Origin: Bacteroidia bacterium
Lineage (GTDB): Bacteria; Bacteroidota; Bacteroidia; NS11-12g; UBA9320
NCBI GenBank assembly: GCA_965216465.1
Contig: CBDCFW010000006.1
Location: forward strand, 672,001 to 736,000
Length of the DNA: 64,000 nt
Reading direction: 5' to 3'
Position 1 is the stretch's first letter. Every line of letters starts with the position of its first letter. The translations under genes were made by a program, and so were the position numbers. The notes under the pieces are model-generated. The model was given only the letters and a program-made list of their open reading frames with translations, was not told where the DNA came from and made no database searches. Below are positions 18,545 through 28,801 of this stretch, piece by piece.

Positions 18545-19547
18545 ATTTTTGTGTTGAATAATCGCTAATACTCAACTGATTAGATGAACCGTCATATTCT
18601 ACGAAGTTCCCAATCATTGAGTTGTTGATTTTAGCATTGCTAATTGAACTGTTGGTTTGAATAATTGTGTTCTCAATAACGCAATTCTCAACAACAGTAT
18701 TGTCACCAATTGATACATATGGACCAACCTTTGAGTTTATTAGCTTAACGTTCTTACCAATATAGCATGGCTCAATTACTTGTGAGTTTTCGCTAGACAT
18801 AGAAGAATCAACTAGAAGAGTTCCGTTTGCATTGGCTAGTACACGCTGGTTGGTGTATACCGTAGCGTTCTTATTTCCGCAATCCCACCATTCTATAACT
18901 TGGCCTGGAACCAGTTTAAGTCCATCGTTCTTCATATTGTCAAGAGCGTTAGTAAGCTGGTATTCACCTTTCTCACGAATGTCATTGTCTAAGATATGCT
19001 CAATTTCTGATTTGAGGCGAGCACCATCTTTAAAGTGGTAGATCCCAATAATTGCTAGGTTTGATTCCGGATTCTCTGGTTTCTCTTCGAAATCAATAAT
19101 CATACCTTCGTCGTTCAGTTTAACAACACCAAATGCTCTTGGGTCTTCTACTTCTTGAACCCAGATTGTTCCATCTGCAGATTGATCTAAAGAAAAATCT
19201 GCTCTAAACAATGTATCAGCAAAGGCTACAATCACTTCCCCTTCTAATGCTTGCTTGGCACAGTAAACAGCATGAGCCGTTCCCAATGCTTCTGATTGGT
19301 AGTTGATGCTTCCTTTTGCGTTTAAGCTTTCGGCTATTTGAATAAGATCTGCTTCAACTTCTTTTCCAAAATTGTCTCCAATGATAAAGGCAATCTCTCC
19401 AATATCTCCTTTAACAACTTTAGCAATATCTTCAACCAATCGCTGAACAATTGGTTTTCCTGCAATTTTGATTAATGGTTTTGGCGTGGTTAGTGTGTGG
19501 GGTCTCATTCTTTTCCCCATACCTGCCATTGGTATGATAATATTCAT
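18537..19547 (-). CDS. Sugar-phosphate nucleotidyltransferase (glucose-1-phosphate thymidylyltransferase-like)
   Basis: Motifs 'IIPMAGMGKRMRPHTLTTPKPL', 'EKP' and 'GEYQLT', with a hexapeptide C-terminus. Confidence 0.9.
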   Translation of the reverse strand: MNIIIPMAGMGKRMRPHTLTTPKPLIKIAGKPIVQRLVEDIAKVVKGDIGEIAFIIGDNFGKEVEADLIQIAESLNAKGSINYQSEALGTAHAVYCAKQALEGEVIVAFADTLFRADFSLDQSADGTIWVQEVEDPRAFGVVKLNDEGMIIDFEEKPENPESNLAIIGIYHFKDGARLKSEIEHILDNDIREKGEYQLTNALDNMKNDGLKLVPGQVIEWWDCGNKNATVYTNQRVLANANGTLLVDSSMSSENSQVIEPCYIGKNVKLINSKVGPYVSIGDNTVVENCVIENTIIQTNSSISNAKINNSMIGNFVEYDGSSNQLSISDYSTQKFD

Positions 19548-19565
19548 TTATAAGTATATTCTATT

Positions 19566-20006
19566 TTAAACTCCTGTGTGACCGTAACCTCCACTGCCTC
19601 TTTCCGTTTCATTAAGGCTGTCTACAACTTTAAATTCTATTTGCTCAAATTGGTTAATAACCATTTGTGCGATTCTGTCTCCATTTCGCACTTCGAAGTC
19701 TTCATTTGAAAGATTGATAAGTACCACTTTAATTTCCCCTCTGTAATCAGCATCAATGGTGCCTGGTGTGTTAAGCACAGTAATACCATTTTTTAAAGCA
19801 AGTCCGCTCCTGGGTCTAATTTGTGCTTCATATCCTTCAGGCAAAGCGATATGTAATCCTGTTCCTATTAGTTTTCTTTCTAAAGGTTTAATTTGGATAA
19901 CTTCTGCTTCATCTAAATGAGCCATAAGATCCAATCCCGCCGATTGACGTGTTTGGTACTTTGGTAAAGCATTGCGACTATTATTGATAACAGAAAGCTC
20001 GATCAT
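19566..20006 (-). CDS. dut: dUTP diphosphatase
   Basis: Motifs 'AGLDL', 'RPRSGLA', '[11 protein letters not shown]' and '[10 protein letters not shown]'. Confidence 0.97.
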   Translation of the reverse strand: MIELSVINNSRNALPKYQTRQSAGLDLMAHLDEAEVIQIKPLERKLIGTGLHIALPEGYEAQIRPRSGLALKNGITVLNTPGTIDADYRGEIKVVLINLSNEDFEVRNGDRIAQMVINQFEQIEFKVVDSLNETERGSGGYGHTGV

Positions 20007-20018
20007 AAAGGGGCAAAT

Positions 20019-21452
20019 TTATACTTTTCTAGCTCTAATTATAAGGATGTAACCCACTAATGCGTAAACAAGCAATAATGCGAGTTTGAACACATATTGA
20101 ATATAGCCCTGAACAGCAAAATATTCAGAGAAGATGTATAGCCCAATTGACAATAAAATCAGTGAAATAACTTTACCCAAGTTATAGGGCACGGGATAGT
20201 ATATTCGACCTAAGAAGTAGCTGATTATCACCATCGTAAAGTAAACTATTAACGTGGTGATTGCTGCGGCTAAGAACCCATATTGGGGTACATATGTAAA
20301 CAGTAATGCGATAGTAATACCCGCTCCAATTACTGAAATTAATGCTCCCAATTTTGTTTTATTGTTCAGCTTATACCAGATACTTAAATTAAAGAATATT
20401 CCTAAGAATAAATTCGCCAAGAGCAAGATTGGAACTATTGTTAGTGCATCTGGATGACTGTGATACTCTGCCTTTCGAATCAGTAGTTCTGCTATTTCTT
20501 GCTTCAACAATGCTGTTCCAAGAAATATAGCTCCACATACTAAAACAAAATAGTCCATCACCTTTGCGTAAGATTCTTTGGCATCTGACTGTTTAGACTC
20601 TGAAAAAAAGAATGGTTCAGCCGCATATCGAAACGCTTGAATGAAAATAGTCATAATCATACTCAAGCGATAAAATGTTCCATAAACACCAATTTCATAC
20701 TCCGGGTTTTTGTCAACTAACAAATGCTTTAGAGCAACGCGGTCGAAGGTTTCATTTACGATTCCTGCAAATCCAAGAATAACTAACGGCCAAGAGTATT
20801 TAAACATCTTTTTCCATAAGGCCCCCTGGGGGCGAGTGTAATGCTTTATAGCATAGGGTAGAAGCATGAGAAATTCAACCGCACTGGCTATTACATTTGA
20901 TATGAACACGTATTCGATGTTTTTCTCCGTTCCAGTCATATCGGGGTAGTACACAATGAAGAAAACATTAAGAACTACATTAATTACGATCCCCGTACTC
21001 TTTATAAATGCAAATTGTTTGGCCTTGTTGAGATAGCGCAGCAAGGCATATGGAATAGACTTAGTTGCATCTATAGCCATAACCAGTGTAAACCAAAGCA
21101 CGTATGATAAGTTTTCTGGAAAGCCAACAAAATCAGCGATATTTTGCTGATTGAAAAGCATGGCAGCTACAAAAAAGGCAACCACAACAATTACCGAGAA
21201 TATTCCAGTTGAAAAGACTTCTTTGTACTTAGATTCTTCTCGAGCAAAATTGAAAAATCCAGTTTCCATACCATGAGGGAGAATCACAAAGAAGAAAGCA
21301 GCATAGGCATAGAACTCAACTTGAGGAGATAGCAGTTCAGGAGTGAAATAGCCTGCAAAAAAGAATATTAGCAAGAAATTAATGAACCGCCCAACAATAC
21401 TGGGGATTCCATAAATAGCGGTATCACTGGCTAACCTCTTTATTAAGCTCAT
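20019..21452 (-). CDS. Oligosaccharide/polysaccharide flippase (Wzx/MOP superfamily)
   Basis: About 13-14 TMs; motifs 'LASDTAIYG', 'ETGFF', 'NETFDR' and 'QAFRYAAEPFFF'. Confidence 0.88.
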   Translation of the reverse strand: MSLIKRLASDTAIYGIPSIVGRFINFLLIFFFAGYFTPELLSPQVEFYAYAAFFFVILPHGMETGFFNFAREESKYKEVFSTGIFSVIVVVAFFVAAMLFNQQNIADFVGFPENLSYVLWFTLVMAIDATKSIPYALLRYLNKAKQFAFIKSTGIVINVVLNVFFIVYYPDMTGTEKNIEYVFISNVIASAVEFLMLLPYAIKHYTRPQGALWKKMFKYSWPLVILGFAGIVNETFDRVALKHLLVDKNPEYEIGVYGTFYRLSMIMTIFIQAFRYAAEPFFFSESKQSDAKESYAKVMDYFVLVCGAIFLGTALLKQEIAELLIRKAEYHSHPDALTIVPILLLANLFLGIFFNLSIWYKLNNKTKLGALISVIGAGITIALLFTYVPQYGFLAAAITTLIVYFTMVIISYFLGRIYYPVPYNLGKVISLILLSIGLYIFSEYFAVQGYIQYVFKLALLLVYALVGYILIIRARKV

Positions 21453-21517
21453 TGCTATGCAAATCTAAGAGGACCAACGCTGCGGCTATACACAATAGCA
21501 CATAACTTGTCTAATAA

Positions 21518-23821
21518 TCACGATGATTGACCGAAGGTATACGAAATCTGGAATCTCACGCTTCGCGGAGGACCAAGATCTCCAGGTCTTATTACGTACT
21601 CTCTGTTGGCAATATTGGATGTTATTATGCTCATATTCAACGACTTTGAATACTTGTAACTCAACCTAACATTAGCGAGTAAATAAGTGGTTTGATTTAA
21701 ATCAAGCGAAGTTTGAATGCCTGGAACGATAAAGCTAACTGGAAAGCTAACGAACGCCGTATCGATGTTATTGATAGCCGACTGATATGCAAGTCCGGCG
21801 CCTAATGACAATTTCTTATACTTCACCATTACGTCGGCATTGAATTGGTGTCTAGGTCTATATTTCAATTCTCTTGACTCTGGATTTGAACTGGTATTAT
21901 TGAAACTCAGTTCAGTGTTCTGTATATCTGTGGCGATAATCTTATCCGGTTCCAAAGCCTCAGTATTCGATAACGTATATCCTATAAACCCTTGAATATC
22001 TACGACTTTACCCTCATTCTGGAAAGATAATGTTGCTTCATAACCATTGATCTTAGTTCTCCCCGTGTTTACGGTAATGAACCCGGCACCTGTATTTGAA
22101 AAATCAACAAATGGACCCCACTGGCCGAAGGTAAATTCCATCATATTGGTAAATGTCATTTCATAAGCTGCAGCATCAAGTAGGAACATCACCGATTTTA
22201 CTTTGAAACCTTGCTTGATTCCAAACTCAACGTTAGTGCCTGTTTCGGATTTCAGCTCGGCATTAGGAAAGATGCTAACTGGACCTACATTGGTAGTTAT
22301 AAACGATTCAGCAATGGATGGGAAACGATATCCCTCACCATAACTAAACCTCAAAAAGGTAAAATCATGTGCTTGATAATTGATTCCGCTTCGGAATACC
22401 GGTTTGCCTTCCGTTCTTCCATCCAAATTATAAAATTCATATCGTGCACCTCCACTCAAGAGTAGCCTCGTCCATTTTTTATCGAGCTGCACGTAGCCTG
22501 CAAGATTCGACGTTGAATGGGCCCCGTCAAACAATGGGGAATTAGTTTCGCTTGCAATCGTAACAATACCACCCGTAGCATTAAACTTCTTCTTAGGCAA
22601 CTGATAACTGCTTCGATACTCTCCATAAACTAGATTCGATTTATTGGTTTGATCAACCGATGGATCATTGTTGTCGATGCTATTATCTACTCTTAAGTAT
22701 CTTGTATTCACACTGTGATTGAAGTTTCCAGTTTTCCACTTGATATAAGGATCAAGATTAAAGCGAATGGCCCGGGTATCGGTTATATCACTGTCGAGTG
22801 CAGTATACCCCATTTGCCAAGACTCCCACAACAAGAAACTTCCCGATTTGCCATATTGAGCAGATGCATTCACGCCGACGATTACATCTTTATCATCTAG
22901 TTTTTTTCGTATTCCAAAGTTGCTACGAATCCTATTATCGTAGTCGCTCATTTTGTAGCCCTCATCAAGTAAGCCGTTGATTCCGAACGTGATACTTCTT
23001 CCATCGTGTATTCCACTATGGAAGTAAGAGAAGTTAGATATCGTGTTTTTATCACTTCCATTATAGTTGAGTGATGCCCGCTGCGGATTAGAATAGAGTC
23101 CACTCGAAATGGTGAATCGTGTAAAAGGTTCTTCCTTTGGAATTCGTGTTTTGATATTGATAACTCCGTTTAATGCCGATGATCCATAAATAACAGAACT
23201 CGCCCCTTTTATAATTTCAATTCCTTCAACTCCTTCGGTTGGCACAAATGTCCAAAGTGGTTGACCTGCATCACCCGACAATAAAGGCATACCATTTACA
23301 AGCACTTGAACGCGAGAACCGACTCCGTAGCTCCACCCACTACCTGATCTTATAGTAGGTTGATTATCTACAACTTGCACCCCATTTATCCGGCCAATAC
23401 TTTGTTCTAAATTGGTGGGAGAAGTTGACTCTATCAGGTCTGGTTTAATGATTTCAAGCGATACTGTGCTGTTCTTTAACTGACTTTGTCTGCGGTTTTC
23501 ACTAACTACGATCGTATTAAGAAGGTCGCTGTCTTCTTCCATACGAATAATCATGTTCATCTGTGGTTTAACCACTTGATCTCTAAATCCCAAATGTTTA
23601 ACAGTAAGCACGTTAGCCGATGAGATGAAGTTGAAATCTCCGTTCTCATCTGATATAGCTACAATTCTATCTTGTTCATTATCAACGAAATGCACACCAA
23701 TAAGCGGTTGTTCAGCTGATCCAATTGCAATAACTTTTCCTTGATAAGTGAAGGTATTTTGAGCAACTCCTGAGAAAGTCAAAAAGAGCAAAATCGCTTG
23801 TAAGTACAGGGCAGGTTTCAT
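21518..23821 (-). CDS. TonB-dependent receptor
   Basis: Likely start ATG 23821 (MKPALYL...GVA-Q). CarboxypepD-like N-terminal domain, plug motif 'IEIIKGASSVIYGSSALNGVINI' and a barrel C-terminus. Confidence 0.9.
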   Translation of the reverse strand: MKPALYLQAILLFLTFSGVAQNTFTYQGKVIAIGSAEQPLIGVHFVDNEQDRIVAISDENGDFNFISSANVLTVKHLGFRDQVVKPQMNMIIRMEEDSDLLNTIVVSENRRQSQLKNSTVSLEIIKPDLIESTSPTNLEQSIGRINGVQVVDNQPTIRSGSGWSYGVGSRVQVLVNGMPLLSGDAGQPLWTFVPTEGVEGIEIIKGASSVIYGSSALNGVINIKTRIPKEEPFTRFTISSGLYSNPQRASLNYNGSDKNTISNFSYFHSGIHDGRSITFGINGLLDEGYKMSDYDNRIRSNFGIRKKLDDKDVIVGVNASAQYGKSGSFLLWESWQMGYTALDSDITDTRAIRFNLDPYIKWKTGNFNHSVNTRYLRVDNSIDNNDPSVDQTNKSNLVYGEYRSSYQLPKKKFNATGGIVTIASETNSPLFDGAHSTSNLAGYVQLDKKWTRLLLSGGARYEFYNLDGRTEGKPVFRSGINYQAHDFTFLRFSYGEGYRFPSIAESFITTNVGPVSIFPNAELKSETGTNVEFGIKQGFKVKSVMFLLDAAAYEMTFTNMMEFTFGQWGPFVDFSNTGAGFITVNTGRTKINGYEATLSFQNEGKVVDIQGFIGYTLSNTEALEPDKIIATDIQNTELSFNNTSSNPESRELKYRPRHQFNADVMVKYKKLSLGAGLAYQSAINNIDTAFVSFPVSFIVPGIQTSLDLNQTTYLLANVRLSYKYSKSLNMSIITSNIANREYVIRPGDLGPPRSVRFQISYTFGQSS

Positions 23822-23858
23822 ATTTTCGTTAAACACAAATGTACTTAATAGCTCGTTT

Positions 23859-24578
23859 ATGAAAAGAATTCTACTTTTTTCCCTCGTTTTGGCTTTCGGT
23901 TTAAACATGTATTCTCAGAATTGTGTAGTTGATAATAACATAACTGACCCTGGAATCTATCCGGAGTATATCGATACTGCGAAGATTGATGAGCCCTATG
24001 AATTTACAATTCAAGTTCTTGCTATTAAAGACACCATGGTAGACTTTAATGGCACACCAATTAATGCCACTATTGACTCCATTAAACTTTGGGGTGTTGG
24101 TGGTTTGCCTGGAGATTTTGATTTTGCTTGTGAACCGACAAACTGTGTATATACCAATGCCGCTGTAGGCTGTGTTAAGCTTTTTGGCAATCCAACAAAA
24201 CAAGATGTAGGTGTACATCAATTGGAGATTTATACAACCGCTTATGCTCGATTTAATTCGTTCAAACTTCCTCAAAATGATACAATCTTAGACTACAAAT
24301 TGGTTGTACGAGATACAGGATCGGCTTCGATTCATCAAGTTACCAAGAGCAATGTAGAAATCTTTCCAAATCCAAGCGTTGATGGCAAGTTCACTATACT
24401 CACAAAGATGGAAATTTCAGATTTTAACATCTATGACCTGCAAGGTAGAAGCATAGAATATGAGCTTAAGGAACACACAAATTCTATTGAGGTTCGCATG
24501 CTTACATCAACACCAGGAGTATACTTTGTTCAATTGAGAAGCGGTGACCGAATTATAGAAAAACGCATAATGCGATAA
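23859..24578 (+). CDS. Small T9SS type A sorting-domain protein
   Basis: Signal peptide and CTD 'IFPNPS...IYDLQGR...PGVYFVQL...KRIMR'. Confidence 0.85.
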   Translation: MKRILLFSLVLAFGLNMYSQNCVVDNNITDPGIYPEYIDTAKIDEPYEFTIQVLAIKDTMVDFNGTPINATIDSIKLWGVGGLPGDFDFACEPTNCVYTNAAVGCVKLFGNPTKQDVGVHQLEIYTTAYARFNSFKLPQNDTILDYKLVVRDTGSASIHQVTKSNVEIFPNPSVDGKFTILTKMEISDFNIYDLQGRSIEYELKEHTNSIEVRMLTSTPGVYFVQLRSGDRIIEKRIMR

Positions 24579-24608
24579 GCATCGTAACCATGAGTTAAAG
24601 AATAGCCT

Positions 24609-24616
24609 TATCTTTG
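24609..24616 (+). promoter_or_regulatory. Primary-sigma -7 element TATCTTTG
   Basis: TAnnTTTG, 11 nt upstream of ATG 24628. Confidence 0.6.
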
Positions 24617-24627
24617 CACCACTTAAA

Positions 24628-27009
24628 ATGGCATCACAAGTGGCGAACAAATCCTCTGAAGCAATTTCAAAACAGGAATTTACAGAACAAGTTATTTCAG
24701 ATTACATCTTAGCCTACAAAAGCAGACAAACGTCGCTTATTGGAAGAAAAGAAGTTTTAACCGGTAAGGCAAAGTTTGGAATTTTTGGAGATGGTAAGGA
24801 AGTAGCTCAAGTGGTTATGGCTCGATTCATGAAGAATGGAGACTTTAGAGCAGGCTATTACCGTGATCAAACTTTAATGTTTGCACTAGGACTTAGCGAT
24901 GTTCAGAAATTTTTTGCTCAGCTTTATGCTCATCCAAGTGTTGAGCATGAGCCAGCGAGTGCAGGTCGAAGCATGAACGGTCACTTCGGAACACGCATGC
25001 TGGATGACGAAGGCAACTGGCTGCCTCAAACAGATCGAGTTAATATATCTTCTGATATTTCTCCTACCGCCGGGCAAATGCCTCGTGTTTTAGGATTAGC
25101 ATTCGCATCTAAGGTTTATCGTGAGAACAAAGACCTTCATTCAAATACCGATTTTTCAAATCAAGGGAATGAAATTGCATGGGGTACAATTGGTAATGCT
25201 AGTACTTCAGAAGGTCACTTTTGGGAAAGTATCAATGCCGCAGGCGTTATGCAAGTACCTATGTTAATGAGTATTTGGGATGATGAATATGGAATCTCAG
25301 TACACGCAGAACATCAGACTACTAAACAAAACTTAACTTCAATACTTTCTGGATTTAAAACGGATAAGTTTGGAACCGGAATTGAACTTTTCACTGTGAA
25401 TGGTTGGGATTATGCAGATTTAATGAATACCTACAAAAAGGCTTCAGAAATCTGCCGAACCAAACATACTCCGGTTGTAATTCATGTTAAAGAATTGACT
25501 CAACCTCAAGGTCACTCCACTTCAGGTTCTCATGAACGTTACAAGTCAAAAGAACGTTTAGCTTGGGAGCAGGAACATGATTGTGTTGCAAAGATGCGTT
25601 CATGGATTCTTGACAATAAGCTAGGGACCGAAGAAGAGATTGTAGCACTTGAAAAAACTGCATTGAATGAGGTTAAAGAAGATAAGCGAGCAGCTTGGAT
25701 GGCCTTCACAAAAGAGATTAAAGCCGAGCTAGCAGAAGCTGTTGAAGTAATTGCAACTGTTGATGTAGATGAAGCCAATGCATTAAAGGCCACTATGGAT
25801 CCAGGAAGAAAGGATATCCTTAAAAGCCTTCACACTGTAATTAGAAATAACTTAGGTTCAAATTCGGCGGATGCCGTGAAAGCATATTACGATACTTATT
25901 TAGCTAAGTATCAAGATATTTATAGCTCTCACCTGCACAGTCAGTCGCCTCAAAATGCCTTGGGCGTTGAAGAGGTTAAACCGGAGATTACTGATGCATC
26001 TGAAGAATTAAATGGGTTTGAGATTTTACAAAGATGTTTCGACAATCTATTGACTAATCACCCTGAAGTAATTGCTTTTGGTGAGGATGTTGGTAAGATT
26101 GGTGACGTAAACCAGGGATTTTCTGGCTTACAGGAAAAGCACGGAGATACAAGAGTTATGGATATGGGTATTCGTGAGAATACCATTATTGGTCAAGCCA
26201 TTGGAGCTTCGTTAAGAGGCTTGCGTCCAATTGCTGAAATTCAATATTTGGACTATTTGCTTTATGCTATTCAAATGATGAGTGATGATATTGCAACACT
26301 TCAATACAGAACTAAAGGAGGTCAGAAATATCCGCTTATTATTAGAACAAGAGGGCACCGTTTGGAAGGAATCTGGCACAGCGGATCGCCGATGGGGATG
26401 ATCTTAAATGCTGTTCGCGGTATGAATGTATTGGTTCCTAGAGATATGACGCGTGCAGCTGGATTCTACAATACCATGATGAAGTCAGATGAACCCGCCC
26501 TTATTGTTGAGTGTCTGAATGGATACCGATTAAAAGAGAAGTTGCCGAATAATCTTAGTGATTTTACCGTTCCGGTTGGTGTACCGGAGGTGCTCCAAGA
26601 AGGAAATGATGTAACGCTTGTAACCTATGGTTCGTGCATAAGAATAGCTCAAGACGCACTTCCAAAACTGGCGGCAAAAGGTATTTCTGTTGAATTGATT
26701 GATGTTCAATCGTTGTTACCTTTTGATGTAAACCACATGATTGTTGAGTCTTTGAAAAAGACGAATAGAGTTGTGTTTATGGACGAGGATGTAAACGGTG
26801 GTGCAACTGCATTTATGATGCAAAAAGTGCTTGAAGAGCAAGAAGGGTATCGCTATTTAGATAGTGCACCTAAAACGCTAACATCTCAAGATCACCGTCC
26901 GGCATATGGAACTGATGGAGATTACTTCTCAAAATCAAATGCTGAAGAAGTGTTTGATGTTATTTACGGTTTGATGAATGAATCTAACCCAACCGAATTT
27001 CCTAAATAA
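24628..27009 (+). CDS. Fused alpha/beta E1 subunit of a 2-oxoacid (probably branched-chain) dehydrogenase
   Basis: Motifs 'GKAKFGIFGDGKE', 'GYYRDQT', TPP-binding 'GNASTSEG', 'HSTSG', 'FGEDVG', 'PIAEIQYLDY' and 'GIWHS'. Confidence 0.92.
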   Translation: MASQVANKSSEAISKQEFTEQVISDYILAYKSRQTSLIGRKEVLTGKAKFGIFGDGKEVAQVVMARFMKNGDFRAGYYRDQTLMFALGLSDVQKFFAQLYAHPSVEHEPASAGRSMNGHFGTRMLDDEGNWLPQTDRVNISSDISPTAGQMPRVLGLAFASKVYRENKDLHSNTDFSNQGNEIAWGTIGNASTSEGHFWESINAAGVMQVPMLMSIWDDEYGISVHAEHQTTKQNLTSILSGFKTDKFGTGIELFTVNGWDYADLMNTYKKASEICRTKHTPVVIHVKELTQPQGHSTSGSHERYKSKERLAWEQEHDCVAKMRSWILDNKLGTEEEIVALEKTALNEVKEDKRAAWMAFTKEIKAELAEAVEVIATVDVDEANALKATMDPGRKDILKSLHTVIRNNLGSNSADAVKAYYDTYLAKYQDIYSSHLHSQSPQNALGVEEVKPEITDASEELNGFEILQRCFDNLLTNHPEVIAFGEDVGKIGDVNQGFSGLQEKHGDTRVMDMGIRENTIIGQAIGASLRGLRPIAEIQYLDYLLYAIQMMSDDIATLQYRTKGGQKYPLIIRTRGHRLEGIWHSGSPMGMILNAVRGMNVLVPRDMTRAAGFYNTMMKSDEPALIVECLNGYRLKEKLPNNLSDFTVPVGVPEVLQEGNDVTLVTYGSCIRIAQDALPKLAAKGISVELIDVQSLLPFDVNHMIVESLKKTNRVVFMDEDVNGGATAFMMQKVLEEQEGYRYLDSAPKTLTSQDHRPAYGTDGDYFSKSNAEEVFDVIYGLMNESNPTEFPK

Positions 27010-27032
27010 AAAAGAGCGGCCGAAGCCGCTCT
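27007..27032 (-). terminator. Intrinsic terminator for mscL, possibly bidirectional
   Basis: Minus strand reads AGAGCGGC-TTCG-GCCGCTCT followed by a T-run: an 8-bp stem with a cUUCGg tetraloop, between convergent genes. Confidence 0.85.
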
Positions 27033-27064
27033 CGATTAATAGTTAGTTGTAATAGTTCGTTTAT

Positions 27065-27466
27065 CTATTTCTTTAGTGAATCTCTAATCTCTGTAAGTAG
27101 ATCAATTTCACTTGGCCCGCTTGGTGCAGGTGCTTCTTCTGGTTTTTTCGTCTTGTTGTAAGCTTTAACGACTAAAAACATTACAAAACCTACTGTGATA
27201 AGGTTAATGATAGCGTTAATCCAAGCTCCGTAACGAATTGCATTTTCTGGTTTTGCATCTACCCCTTCTGCTGCTTCAACTGCTGGATCTAATACTATTT
27301 TTAAATCCGCAAAGTCCATCCCCCCAGCAAAGTGACCCACTACAGGCATCACTATGTCTGAAACAAATCCATTAATAACTAAGCCCATGGCCCCCGCCAT
27401 GATTACCGCAACCGCGAAGTCGATAACATTCCCGGTCATAATGAAGTTCTTAAATTCTTTGAGCAT
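27065..27466 (-). CDS. mscL: Large-conductance mechanosensitive channel
   Basis: Start ATG 27466 'MLKEFKNFIMTGNVIDFAVAVI'; C-terminus 'LLTEIRDSLK'. Confidence 0.97.
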   Translation of the reverse strand: MLKEFKNFIMTGNVIDFAVAVIMAGAMGLVINGFVSDIVMPVVGHFAGGMDFADLKIVLDPAVEAAEGVDAKPENAIRYGAWINAIINLITVGFVMFLVVKAYNKTKKPEEAPAPSGPSEIDLLTEIRDSLKK

Positions 27467-27548
27467 AATTGTTTGTTTTAATTGATTAGCAAAATCGCAA
27501 ATCTTGAACACAAAGTACAATCATGTTCTTGAACCTCACGGTGTTAGG

Positions 27549-28148
27549 TTATTCACAATGAGCTACTGGAGCAGCCTTATTGATGGTATATTTTCTGTTA
27601 TTTGAAAGATTAAGGCAAAGAACACGCGTTCTTCTATTCTCAATTTTTTGATAGGTATGGTTTCTAAATACGAAGTTGGAACCTAATGGAAGTTCGTCGA
27701 GTAAAACTAGATCGTTCTGCTCTGTTAAATTAAAAGCCTTTTCAAGACTTACATTCACGCCACTACACGCTTTAGGCGACTTCAATTCGAGCAGAACGGC
27801 TTTATAGAGCTGCTCATTTTTTGCAAAATCTTCGTGCATAGAAAAGAGATTGAACACCAGACGAAAGTTGTTTTTCCATTCTTTTCCATGAGGCTTAACA
27901 GCCTTGCCAAAATCAACCTGAGTTTTTAAATGTGCAATTTCGTGTACAAGTGTGAATAGGAAGCGAAAAGAGTTCTCATCGTGATTAACGCTAATCACAT
28001 GATGGTTCCCTAAACTTCTGAAATCTCCACGTTTTGTTTTCCGCGGTTTAGTGATTCTAAGTCTACAATTATTGGCCTCAAGATATTCGAGAATTATTTC
28101 AGCCTTCCGCTCAGAAATGTGTTGTGAGAGATAGGTTAAAGGCTTCAT
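27549..28148 (-). CDS. SprT-like zinc metalloprotease
   Basis: Motifs 'TLVHEIAH' and 'PHGKEWK'. The ATG at 28148 overlaps the psd stop (TAATG). Confidence 0.85.
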   Translation of the reverse strand: MKPLTYLSQHISERKAEIILEYLEANNCRLRITKPRKTKRGDFRSLGNHHVISVNHDENSFRFLFTLVHEIAHLKTQVDFGKAVKPHGKEWKNNFRLVFNLFSMHEDFAKNEQLYKAVLLELKSPKACSGVNVSLEKAFNLTEQNDLVLLDELPLGSNFVFRNHTYQKIENRRTRVLCLNLSNNRKYTINKAAPVAHCE

Positions 28149-28801
28149 TAGCACACTGCAAGAAGTGACTCTGCAGCAGTTACCTTTTGCTCTAGTTCTA
28201 CCTTAATATCAGATCCTATAGGAAGAAATACATCAACTCTTGAACCAAATTTGATAAAGCCCATTTCGTTACCCATTGTTGCTTTATCAGCAGGCTTTAC
28301 ATACCATCTAATTCTTCGAGCTACCGCTCCAGCAATCTGTCTGAAAAGTATTTCTGTTCCGTCTTCTCTTTTGATTACCGTAGTTGTGCGTTCATTTTCC
28401 GTTGAAGACTTTGGGTGCCACGCAACAAGGTACTTGCCCGGGTGATATTTAAAGTAAGATACAATCCCAGATATTGGGTTTCTGTTAACATGAACATTCA
28501 GCGGCGACATAAAGATTGAAATTTGAATTCTTTTGTCGTTGAAATATTCTGTTTCTTCAACCTCTTCAATCACAACCACTTTTCCGTCACAAGGGCAAAC
28601 AACGCCTCCTTCAGTTTTGTCAGAATACCTTGGTGGGTTTCTGAAAAACCGGATAACTAAAATGTATAGAACCAAAAGTGGCAATCCAATCAGTAGCATT
28701 AACCACTCTGGGGCCGAAAATTCAGCCAAAGCATAGACAACTGCAACGAAAATGAATGTTGCAATCAGAATGATTTTATACCCTTCTCTATGAATCTTCA
28801 T
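28148..28801 (-). CDS. psd: Phosphatidylserine decarboxylase proenzyme
   Basis: Motifs 'FFRNP', 'PCDGKV', 'IFMSPLNVHVNR', 'NER' and the cleavage motif 'FGSRVD'. Confidence 0.95.
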   Translation of the reverse strand: MKIHREGYKIILIATFIFVAVVYALAEFSAPEWLMLLIGLPLLVLYILVIRFFRNPPRYSDKTEGGVVCPCDGKVVVIEEVEETEYFNDKRIQISIFMSPLNVHVNRNPISGIVSYFKYHPGKYLVAWHPKSSTENERTTTVIKREDGTEILFRQIAGAVARRIRWYVKPADKATMGNEMGFIKFGSRVDVFLPIGSDIKVELEQKVTAAESLLAVC

